From Curvularia clavata (lineage: Eukaryota): a DNA stretch of 64,000 nt. Shown here in pieces: positions 48,103-58,791 of this stretch. Each line of letters starts with the position of its first letter. Within the stretch, counting starts at the first letter, position 1. The stretch spans positions 2,790,001 through 2,854,000 of the forward strand of contig CP089278.1 of assembly GCA_023920165.1 (NCBI GenBank), in the 5' to 3' direction. A model generated the notes under the pieces. It made no database searches, was not told the origin of the DNA, and saw only the letters and a program-made list of their open reading frames with translations. A program made the position numbers and the translations under genes.

Positions 48103-49224
48103 TCACTCCGCTCTCAGAAACGCCCTGAGCTTCGCTAACTCCTCTTGGTCCCTAACTTCACATACAACGCGATCAATCGCGCCGCCATCCCATGCAATAC
48201 CATGCCAGAGCAACACCCCCAAATCCCGCATCACTCTCATCTCCTCTTCTCTTGCCTTCAATTCCGGAACAACTTCGTACAAACGCAGCCAGAAAACTTC
48301 TCTCAGCCGTGCCGCGCCCTCAAAGTAAGCCCAAGTCGGTCTTGTGTCCAACGAGGAAGGCGCAAGATACCCCAGCAAATGCTCCAGCCCATACAGACAT
48401 ATGCCTAAGGGCAGGAACTCTGCTTCAGCCCAGTCCACCACGCCTGTTACTTCCCAGCTGTGTTGATCGACCAAAATGTTAGTTGGTATGAGGTCGCCGT
48501 GACTCAAGACAACGGGGTAGTCTGGTACGCGTTGTACTGCTGAAAGTACTTCTGCTGCTTTTGCTCTCAGGAGTGCATCAGGTAAGTCGGTGGCGAGCTG
48601 CTTGAGTCGGTGAAGGATACTTAAGCCAACTTTGCCGCAACACTGAGAGAGCATATCAGGCTCATTTTCCATTGGGGAGTCGGCTCGCGTGGTTCTGGGT
48701 AGTAACGGGGTTCGCTCTTTTGATGCGCATTGCCAGCTTTGCGCTATGAAGTCTGCAAAGCTCGAGATTAAAGTTTGCAGTCTGGCACACTCGTCTATAC
48801 TCAGAGTGCGGGTGCGCGGTATCAGACGACTAAGCGGTATGCCAGTGAGTCTGTTCATGGTGAAAGCCTTTAGACCTGAGGGTAGTGGTATGTCTAGCGA
48901 TGCGACAGTCGGTACCAGCGATGAATAGGTATTGCTCGCGACATGCATGATGTTGACATCAATCGCGTGAGGCACGGGCCGGAGCTGGACAATTTGCTCG
49001 CCTCTTCCTCCATGCCATCTATTCTTCGCTTCGCAGTCGCTGTATATGTCGGTGCTGTGGCCAGTATTGCCCAAAGGTGTGATTAAAAGTGTGAAACTAC
49101 AGTACCCCTGCTCTTCGAATTCTTTCACTCCATACCCTGCATATTTGTCCCTCACAGCTCTCAGACATATCTCTCTATCCTCATTCCTTAAATCGAAGCG
49201 AGACCAGAATCCCTGAAAAGCCAT
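48103..49224 (-). CDS. Aminoglycoside phosphotransferase (APH)/choline kinase-like protein
   Basis: QGYCSFT, Brenner motif VLSHGDLIPTNILVD, GVVDWAEAEFLP. Confidence 0.85.
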   Translation of the reverse strand: MAFQGFWSRFDLRNEDREICLRAVRDKYAGYGVKEFEEQGYCSFTLLITPLGNTGHSTDIYSDCEAKNRWHGGRGEQIVQLRPVPHAIDVNIMHVASNTYSSLVPTVASLDIPLPSGLKAFTMNRLTGIPLSRLIPRTRTLSIDECARLQTLISSFADFIAQSWQCASKERTPLLPRTTRADSPMENEPDMLSQCCGKVGLSILHRLKQLATDLPDALLRAKAAEVLSAVQRVPDYPVVLSHGDLIPTNILVDQHSWEVTGVVDWAEAEFLPLGICLYGLEHLLGYLAPSSLDTRPTWAYFEGAARLREVFWLRLYEVVPELKAREEEMRVMRDLGVLLWHGIAWDGGAIDRVVCEVRDQEELAKLRAFLRAE

Positions 49225-51169
49225 CGATGCTCAAACTTAGTCGACGGCGAGATGGAAGCTGACGAGAAACTGAGGCCATCGCGCAAGACGAGTGTCGTAA
49301 CACATCCCGTGCTGCGTCAACGATGTCGGTTGGGCGGCGAGCTGCTCGTTACTCATCTCCGAGAAAGTGGCTGTTTGGTGTGTTGTACTCTGATTTGGTT
49401 CGCTGAGGTTCTGCACGTGGCAGTTGGCGCGTGGGAGGTAAGAGGGTGAGACGAACCGAGGGCGTCGCCCCCATGTCACCAAGGCCAGAAAGTCAAGATC
49501 TGCCACGCGCCAGCTATTTGCCAGGCTAGTTGCACGGGACATAGCTATGAGGGCGTCTAGACTTGGATGGCATTCCTAGAATTACCTGGGTAGGTAGTCA
49601 AATTACACCAATCAATAGCCGCGCTTTGAACACCCCCACCAGGCTGCCCCGAATAAACACATTACCCTTTCTTCTTCATAGAAAGCTCATTTCATGGGAT
49701 ATTGTATCTTTCCGGGAGCGGTAAACATGCCATGTAACTGAATCGAATGCTTCTTGTGGGCTATACACCGAATGAGCACTTTATGCCATACCGATCACGA
49801 AAGTCAACAGTCGACTTTATTTTACTATTTTGTGAGCTTAGCCCGCAGTCTGCCTTAGATTGTGTAGTTATTTCTCTTAATAGAGTGACGATTGTACTTA
49901 CTAGTAATAGTAGAGTAGCTGCTCAAGAAGATATGAAGTGAAGGCTGCAAAAGCTTACATGAAATCGCATCGCATCCAACGCACCCGACGCACCCAGATT
50001 ACGAATAAGCATATAGGCCTTGCAGCATATCTAACGAGTTAAATCCATAGTAGGAGATAGAATTCGTGCTAACGAGCAGTTCGAATTGCTAAGGTGGCTA
50101 CAATTCAGTACCAAGCTAAAAGTTTCGCAACGCCAAGAAAAGCTGTGGTACTTACGAGCAAAGATAAGACGCTGTTAAGCAGAGTATTTATTGGTTTTTA
50201 ATTTTTATTTGTAGCGATATTTGCGTAAATTTTGACTAAAAAGCACCTAGTATGACATACAGTAGCTAGAAGACATGATGGAGGTACCGTTAGATTATAC
50301 CATAATAGCCATTTTAGCGGGCTTTTTATATAGAGTCACATACATGATATGATAAGAAGTCTTTTTCTGATAAGTTAATAGTATACTTAGTTGTCTGGAT
50401 CGAGGCCTGCCGAGTGGTGGTGATGGAGAACTCTTATAAAGTTGGTGGATAGTAGAGCGACTGCGTCTAAACATAGCTGTAAATTTTGCGTCTTTTGTAT
50501 CTCTCTATAATATTCTAATCTTGTTATCTCGCTCGTCTAGTATTATGTTTAGACCTCGAGGTATCTTTCAGTACTCGGCGATCGAATCGGTGCAATGGGG
50601 GTGTAGCTGGGGTTAGCGTTGCGAAACTTTTGGCGAGGCACTGTAGTTACGAAGATGCGAGATGCGAGCGCGCGGGCTGGAACAATAAAAAGCTCATATA
50701 TATACTGCGTGTACAAGGAATGCTGTGGCAGATACATATCATATACTGTTTTAGAGTTCTAGTTAGCAGCAATTACCAACTACACTGGTAGTCCCTTCAC
50801 TACTCTCACTTCAGACACGTGTACCTATGACAAATACAGATGCTTCAAGGACGAACAGTGACATATCTCTTCTCTAAGCACTGCGTCGACATGTCACTTT
50901 TAGCAACAAGTTCAGCCTCTTACTGATTCACATCAAGTAGTGTCGACTTTGTCCTTCTTCTTCGTCACAGCCCAGGTCTATGGCTTCATATCGTATACAT
51001 TACGTTGTAGCCCTGCGCCGGCTGAAGTGCGTCTTAAATTCCACTAATGCAGGAGAAAGAGATAATAGTGAGGTGAGGCGTATACGAGGTTTGGTTGCGG
51101 AAGCAACATGCAGGACCCCGTGCCAAGACGCTAGACCCGAATAGTAAACCCCATGAATTACCATCGCTA

Positions 51170-53024
51170 ACGTAGTTTACAAGCGAGTGAGCCATACAAG
51201 CGAGTGAGCCACCCCACTAACTTTGCGCACCTCTCTTGTTGCAATATACAATGACTCCACCAAATATATCCCAACACGCCTCTCGTGAGGCTAATGTACA
51301 CCTTGCAGTATCAGCTCTTAAAAAAAATCAAATCCAAACTGAAAGGCGCGCTGCAGCTACATTTAATGTCTCTCGCGCTACCCTCCACCGCCGACGCGCT
51401 GGTAGGCTTGCTAGACGCGATTGCCAGCCCAACTCAAAGAAGCTTACCAAGCTAGAAGAGGAGGTGATAGTCGATCATATACTTGATCTGGATCTACGTG
51501 GATTTTCGCCTACCTACGCTGCTGTGCGCGATATGGCTGACAGACTCCTGGCTGCGCGCGGCGCTGGCCAGGTTGGCGTCCACTGGCCGCGCAACTTTGT
51601 TAAGCGTACAGACAGTCTTACGACGCGTTTCAATCGAGCGTACGATAGGCAGAGGGCTCTATGTGAAGACCCAGTCTTAATTAAGAGCTGGTTTGAGCTT
51701 GTAGAGCAGACAAAAGCTAAGTACGGTATCTGTGACGAGGACGTCTACAACTTTGACGAAGCTGGCTTTTCAATGGGCAAGATTACCACTCAGCTTATTA
51801 TTACAGCATCAGAGAGAAGAGCCCGGCCAAAGGCTATCCAGCCGGGTAGCCGAGAGTGGGTAACGTTTATCGCTGGGATTAATGCAGCTGGCTGGTCTAT
51901 CCCACCATTTCTTATCTTTACTGGCAAGCATCACCTATCTGCCTGGTACGAGGAGGCAGAGATCCCACGCGACTGGGCGATCGCAGTCAGCGACAACGGC
52001 TGGACGACTAACGAGCTAGGAGTTGAGTGGCTAAAGCACTTTGTCAAGCATACAGATGGCAAGGTTGTTGGAGCACGCCGGCTGCTTATTCTTGACGGCC
52101 ATGAGAGTCACCAGTCACTTGAGTTCCAAGAGCTCTGCAAGGAGAACAATATCTATACGCTCTGTATGCCGCCCCACTCCTCTCACCTACTCCAGCCTCT
52201 TAACGTTGGCTATTTCTCACCGTTAAAGCGCGCGTACAGCCGTGAGGTGGAGAGCCTGATACGCAACCACATCAACCACATCACCAAGCTCGACTTTCTA
52301 CCAGCGTTTAAGGCAGCCTTTAATCGATCCTTTATGGCAGCTAATATCTGCTCAGCTTTTCGAGGCGCAGGCCTTGTCCCTCTCCAGCCAGACGCTGTTC
52401 TGTCAAAGCTTGACGTGCAGCTGCATACGCCTACTCCTCCAGCTGCTCTAGCAGAGGTTCTCTGGCAGGCTCGTACGCCTAGCAATACACGCGAGCTTGA
52501 AGCTCAATCAACGTTAATACGTAATCGCGTCCAGCGGCATCAAGGCTCTTCGCCTACTTCGATTATCGCGGCAATTAACCAGCTTAAGAAGGGGGCTGAG
52601 GTAATAATGCTTTCAGCTGAGCTAATGCGCGATCGGATTGCTAGTCTTAAGAGAGCTAATACAGTAGTATCAGAGCGTAGGCGGCGTAAGAAGAAGCGGA
52701 TACAGAAGCGTGGAGTCCTTACAAAGGGAGCTGGAGAGAATATACTCGCTCAACGTGAGGCTGATGAGCAGATTACTCGTGAGGAGCGTCAGGGAGGAGA
52801 GCGATCAGGTGTCAGCCGCCAGGCTCTAGCGCGCTGTAGCAGGTGTAGAGAGACTGGCCATAACTCACGTACATGCAAGAAAGATAGTGTAGATAATAAT
52901 TAACCTATTGCGTTAATATCTATCAAAACCAATATAATGTGGTGGAGCTATACGCTTATAGAGGTGCGCAAAGTTGGTGGGGTGGCTCACTCGCTTGTAT
53001 GGCTCACTCGCTTGTAAACTACGT
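51170..53024 (+). mobile_element. Fot1/pogo-type (Tc1/mariner) DNA transposon, full length 1855 bp
   Basis: 65-bp TIRs (51170-51234, 52960-53024) beginning ACGT, with one mismatch. Each TIR holds two 17-bp TACAAGCGAGTGAGCCA repeats. TA target duplication at 51168-69 and 53025-26. Confidence 0.97.
51251..52903 (+). CDS. Fot1-like transposase (HTH, CENP-B HTH, DDE_1, C-terminal CCHC); third catalytic Asp replaced by Asn
   Basis: YNFDEAGF, LILDGHESH, LLQPLNVGYFSPLK (family consensus QPLDVGCF), CSRCRETGHNSRTC. Confidence 0.93.
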   Translation: MTPPNISQHASREANVHLAVSALKKNQIQTERRAAATFNVSRATLHRRRAGRLARRDCQPNSKKLTKLEEEVIVDHILDLDLRGFSPTYAAVRDMADRLLAARGAGQVGVHWPRNFVKRTDSLTTRFNRAYDRQRALCEDPVLIKSWFELVEQTKAKYGICDEDVYNFDEAGFSMGKITTQLIITASERRARPKAIQPGSREWVTFIAGINAAGWSIPPFLIFTGKHHLSAWYEEAEIPRDWAIAVSDNGWTTNELGVEWLKHFVKHTDGKVVGARRLLILDGHESHQSLEFQELCKENNIYTLCMPPHSSHLLQPLNVGYFSPLKRAYSREVESLIRNHINHITKLDFLPAFKAAFNRSFMAANICSAFRGAGLVPLQPDAVLSKLDVQLHTPTPPAALAEVLWQARTPSNTRELEAQSTLIRNRVQRHQGSSPTSIIAAINQLKKGAEVIMLSAELMRDRIASLKRANTVVSERRRRKKKRIQKRGVLTKGAGENILAQREADEQITREERQGGERSGVSRQALARCSRCRETGHNSRTCKKDSVDNN

Positions 53025-53378
53025 TACATGGTTGTTTCGAATTGGATTTCAGATACTCTGTATCTGCCAGGTTCACGTGCAATATCTATTTGGTTGGACA
53101 TTATGAGTTGGGTCTATTGTGCAGCACAAGGTCCTACTCGATCATACTGTTACATGATATCGCCCTCTACAAAGCGAAGCAAGATCTAACGCGAAAAGCT
53201 GCAAATAAACGCAAACACACATAGGAGAAGATGAAATGTAACGTGTAACCGAACCCTTGCCAGCCATTATACAAGAAAAAGAGACTTTTTGCGAGATTTC
53301 AAGCCCACCTTTCGAGATTGGACCTCATGGCTGAACTGGTATCATCTCCTCAACACCCTCTGCAACGACAACGAAAAT

Positions 53379-54603
53379 CTAGTTCGTCTTCGCAATTTCT
53401 ACACCGCCTGTAGCGCCTAGTGCTTTCTTTATATCACCTGTCTGCTATTAGCGCTACTGAAGGCGTTGAAAAAAAAATAGGGGGTGGGGGAAAACTTACC
53501 GTAGATGGCAAACTGACCAGCGGTCAGGGTACCGACCATGAAGAGACGGGCACCAATACCTCCGAACGAACCACGGAGACCAAGCTCCTTAGCGATCTTG
53601 ATCAGACGGCTGGTGGTTCCCTCTCCGGGAAGACCCTTGGTCTTGTTGATCCTGGAGAGCATGGTGTCGGCGGGCTGGGAGATGATGGCGGCAGCGAAAC
53701 CGGCCATGAGACCGGAGCCGAGGTTGTAGACGGTCTGCATGCTGGAAGAGGTCTTGCTCTTGTCGACGATGGTGTAGACGAACTCGTTGACCTTCTCGAA
53801 GACAACGAACTTAGCCATGGTGTAAGGGACCCTATCGGGAGCGGTTAGTTCTGGACCGATTTGACAGGAGAGATGTAACATACTGCTTGAACAGGATAGG
53901 TCCGAAACCAGAGTAGAAGGCACCAACACCCTCGTTCTTCAGAATCTTGGTGAAACCACCAACGAGACCGTTGGCAAAGGTTGGGTCACCGACGAGACGA
54001 ATACGGGTAGCCTCGAGAGGGCAGAGAGCGACATCGGCGAAGAATTCGGCGACAGCAGCGGAGGCAAGGTAGACGGCGGTACGGTTGTTGGAGGCGGCCT
54101 CATAGCCGACCATGTTGATGGCCTGCTGCTTGAAGAACTCATAACCACCAAACTTGAAGGCACCCTGGAGGAAGTAACCAGCGGCGGTAGGACCAAAACC
54201 AGTCCAGACGGCACCAGCACCCTCGTTGGCAATGACCTTCCTGAAGCCACCGATGAGGCCAGTGTTGTAGGTGACGGGGTCAAGTTGAATCCTGGTCTTT
54301 ACGCTGTGAAGATTGTTAGCTTGGCGCTGTCGTCATTTTCGCTGGGGGCATTCTGGAGTCGCAAAAAATGCGCTCCACAGCCATTGTTATCGCCCAGCAC
54401 CATCCGGGGAGCGGTAGAACATACACATCGACGGGTGTGAGGGCACCGTGGGTGACGGAACAGCAGACGGCACCGGCGAAGGCGAATCGCGCGTACAGGT
54501 TGGCACCAGTGGGCGCGGTCGGGTCGACTTTGGCACCAATCTTTGCCTTTGCGGCATCAAGCTTGGAGGAGCCGGTAGCGGTGGGTGGTGGAGAGGTGGC
54601 CAT
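53379..54603 (-). CDS. MIR1: Mitochondrial phosphate carrier, 3 introns
   Basis: [62 protein letters not shown]. Confidence 0.96.
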
Positions 54604-54807
54604 TTTCGCTGATGTGGATGATAGACGCGAAGGGAGTGGAGAGTGGAGAGATTGTGGTGTTGAGGATGGACAGACAAAGATCAAGGAGCCGTCGCTGTTG
54701 GTGAGAAGTTTTGTGCTTGGCACAGGACCCGTTCTTTTCCGACCAGAATCCGGATAGCCGCCCTGGTCGGCATTCCTCCATTCACGTCACCGCACCCTTG
54801 TGCGTGC

Positions 54808-54831
54808 GCCGCCGCCGCCGCCGCCGCCGCC
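54808..54831. repeat. (GCC)8 microsatellite upstream of MIR1
   Basis: Perfect 24-nt GCC run about 205 nt upstream of the MIR1 ATG. Confidence 0.9.
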
Positions 54832-55236
54832 GGGTCTGTTAGTCCCGCAGCAGCAGCATTTTCTTTTTATATAGTGATACAATCTCAGCACCTCACCGCT
54901 CTGTAGCGACCGAGCCGCCTTTACTTTTCGCTATCTAGCAACTGATAACCCAATAGCATCGTGTCAACGATATATCGATGTTCATACTCGATTCCGTAAT
55001 GCTACTGACTTGACACGCAAGCCGTTTTCTGCAGATTTTCAAACTACGGGCATGGGTGCCGCGGCTATTCCACCCCAAGACTAAGACGCCCAACAGATCC
55101 GCTCCACATTTCAAAGGACGTAGAAACATGAATATGAAAAAGAGCTGGCACATTTTTCCACCTTTACCCATGATGAACAAAAGCACAAAACCGACCCTGA
55201 CCAGTAAAACTTGGAATAGCCTTGTAACAAATAGTT

Positions 55237-58200
55237 CTAAGACCACAAACCGCTTACCGTCTCAACCCCCCTTTCGACCACTGCCTTGACACGTGCTCGC
55301 AATGCGTTGTTCGAACATTCAACGTCCAAATCTTCTAACCAAACCTTGGCCACGAACCGGTCAAACTTGATCTCGACGCCCGGAACAGGGATGCCCAAAT
55401 TATGCAGTCGCTTTAACTCCTGCTTGTCCTCTGCAGACAACTGATCATCGGCCGAGTACGACTCTGTAATGCCATGTCGTTCTGTTGTAGATGTAGTTTC
55501 AGGTGCTGGAGCGTTAGAAGAGGGCGTGTCAGCATCCGTAGTGGCAGCCGGTGTTCCGTTTGTGGTTGCGGTTGTCGTGCTGTTGCGGGGGAGAGTGATA
55601 GGCCGGACAGCCTCTTCGCCAAACTGTGCTTCGAGAAACAAGAAGAGGCGGGCAAGGCGAGTAGAAGGGTCCGGAGTACGATGAGGATGTGGTTTATCTT
55701 TGAAGCGGTGGGCGAATTTGGTGGCGGATATGTCGTCCGAAGCTGTAGATGCGTGGTTGTGCGAGTGCTGCTTTGAGGATTCTTGTTGGAAATGTTAGTG
55801 GCGGTTGTGACTGACAAAAGGAACAGGGGCGAAGACTTACGCCTTACAGCCGCCGGTGACGACTCTACTGTAAATAGGACGGCAAGAACGGCATCTGCAA
55901 TTCCGTCGTTGATTACATTGCCCTCCCATTCAACCTCTACTCTGCCGCCACTCTTGACGAGCACGCCTACGCAATCCATGACGGTGAATTTGACCTCTGT
56001 TCGGTTAACCTCCTCATCAGCTTCTTCCTTGTGTCCATTTTCGGCGCCATTCGTCTTGCCATCAAGAGCTGCATCGTTGAAACGAGTCTCTTTGATGGCA
56101 CCAAATGTACCTTCAAGTGCCCATCTTATCAACTCGACGCCCGCTGCTGATAGCGTGATGTGTTGACGGCAGAGGATAGTCGTAGTGGTTAACCCGGCAT
56201 ATTCCTTGAGATCCTCGGGCGCCATGAGACTGATCTTAAAATCGTTCTGAATCAACACTCCGCTGATGACATCTACTTTCTCCCCCTCCGTCTCTTGTTT
56301 GGCCCCAGACTGATCAGCTTCACTGCCACCAGGGGTCAAAGAACGAGGCACTGGTGGGGTGATTGAAGCGAGTTTTCCGACAACCTTTGCAATCTTATCG
56401 GTCTTGAAGGGAATGCGAAGCTCTTCACAGTTTGCTGGGGAATAAATCTTGGTAGGGACGGCTTTTTGTGCGTTGAAGGAAAGGAGTTTGGATTTCAAAC
56501 GAGTCATGTTACCCTTTTCACCGTGGACGAGGATCTAAGATGAATGTTAGCAAACGCCAATGACGTGATACTGCTGGAACTTACAACAACCGGTGCCCCA
56601 ACTTCCTGTACAAACTCCATGTTTTCTTTACCATCAACATGGGCAGCAAAGCTGTATTCCTGGACTGTACATCTTCGAGGTATCATGGTCTGCTCGTTCT
56701 CTCGTTGACCTGGCCGACGCGCCGTGTTGCTTGTTCGTGTCATAATGGCAGGAATTTGGTCAGGCTCGTGGACTATCTGCTTTGCCATTGTGCCTTCGAC
56801 GGAGTAACCTGTAATGATGACTCCGTTCCTTGGGTCTGGCGCCCACCGCTCAAGCAACTCACGTGATGTACCTGATTGCATCATACCAGGTGAAGCCAAC
56901 ATAACACAGCCTCCCAGGTCATCGAAGCGCTCCAGGCTCTTGAGTGATCGGACATACTTGAAATCCCAGGCTCCACGACGACCGGTGTCTCCTGCTGCTT
57001 CTGCTTCTGCCATACGCTCAGCGAAGAGGCGCTTGATGTTATCATTCATAGCTGAGACATATGTCTGGTAGACCTGCATACACTTTCGCGCTAGACTCGA
57101 GTTGTAATAAATGGGAATCTTCTGGACTTCAGGGTGCTTGCTCCAGTACTCGTCCAAGATGAGCAAAAGCTCCTGTGCTCGTCCTAGCGCAAAGACTGGA
57201 AGAAGGGCTCGGCCGCCGCGGTTAAGCACATCGGTTATGGCCTTCATGAGCTGTGCTTCTCGCTCAACACGCGGAGTGTGCATCGAGATACCGAATGTCG
57301 ACTCGGTGATGAGGACATCAATCTTGACGCCTGGTGGTACGGAAGCTGATACCAAGTGTCGATCATCCTCTCGCGAGTAATCGCCAGTAAACAGTATCTT
57401 CAAGCCTGCAATTTCCATGAGGAACATGGCTGCTCCGAGCACGTGTCCTGCAGGATATGGTGTTATCCGTACACCAGAAACAGTGTGTGTAGTATAAAAG
57501 TCAATCGACTCGATCATGGGATAAGTGTTGAGGTGATCAGCCTCGGTATACATCTGGATCTTGGTCTCGGAGTTGCTCGACATGTTGCCCACGCGAACGG
57601 AGTCCTGGATGAGCCACTTGTAGATTGCCTTTGTGGGATGTGTCATGAAGACACGGCCCTTGAAGTTTGTTTTGGCAAGAACGTAGGGCAGAGAAGCAGC
57701 ATGGTCGACGTGAAAACTAGCCTTTGTCAGCCTATAGAACGACGGCCAACTAGGTCAAGGACAAGCTCGGGGAGAAGATGCAAAGTGGTAGCTATATACA
57801 GGGGCGGAAACCGGGGAATGGCACATCATCGAAGTCGAACGAGGAGGATGCAAATAATATTCCATTGATACTGATATACAAGTCGCTGAACTGCGAGTGC
57901 CCAATGTGTGCTCAAGGCCCGACTCCAGTGATGCGCCGAACCCCAACTACCATAGCAAGCAAGATGTGCGTATACATACTGTGATATTAGTAGCACGTCT
58001 ACGGTGCTGAGATCAAAGTCGTCGTAGAAAGGCATGGCGGACAGGCCTTCGTGGGCAGGGTGCATGCCGGCATCGAGCTGCACCTTGTTAGCATGGTCGT
58101 CCAGATTTCTGGACGAGTGTACCCACCATGACCGTCTTGCCCTTGTACTGGATAATGTGACATGACCGTCCAACCTCGTTACCACCGCCCAGGCAGAGGA

Positions 58201-58276
58201 ACATGAGCTCATCGGAGGGATCTATAGGGTCGTCGTCTTCGGGAGCCATTGCACCCGCCTTTCTCTTTGCTGCCAT
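55237..58276 (-). CDS. YSH1: Endoribonuclease YSH1/CPSF73 (metallo-beta-lactamase + beta-CASP), about 4 introns
   Basis: LGGGNEVGRSCH, LDAGMHP, SH|FHVDH, AGHVLGAAMF, TGDYSREDDRHL, SFAAHVDG, ILVHGE. Confidence 0.96.
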
Positions 58277-58791
58277 GTTCAGGAAAATGCGATTGGCGCC
58301 CTCTTTTCTTCAGCGAATGCGACCGAGGTGTGGGAGGGAACTACGAAGACGGTGGAAGGCGAGTGCCAGAGGACGCGTCGTATCTACTACAAAGCGCGAC
58401 TCAGCCAAACTGCCTTGGTCACAGTGCTAGTTTTTTTCGGAACTGTCACGAAGCCCCAGGAGCAATAGAGAGGGTGAGAGCGAGGCTGTTGGTGTTGATA
58501 ACAATGTCGTCGCGTGTCGGGTGACGGTGAGTTGATGTTCTGATGCGGCGACGCTTTGTCCGGCGCGTCTGCCAAGACCCAGCAGTTAGTGCGTCTTCCA
58601 TCCAGACCCAACTTCCTCCGACAAAGACACTGACAGATATCGACGCGCCGACCAACACCACCCACCGCGACCGTCTCGAGAAAACACGGTCCATCGCCAG
58701 CTTCATCGCACGAATAATCTACCCTTCCCGGATGACACGCACATAGACGCCTCTCGCCTGCGCAACTCCCCACAGGGGACGAGCTGCCACC

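Noticed and set aside
51178..51211. Tandem 17-bp repeats resembling a CRISPR-like array
   Set aside because: No spacers; they are internal repeats of the transposon TIR and are mirrored at the other end.
54305..54424. Longer first intron of MIR1 as a possible ncRNA host
   Set aside because: No C/D box pair, terminal stem or riboswitch consensus recognised.
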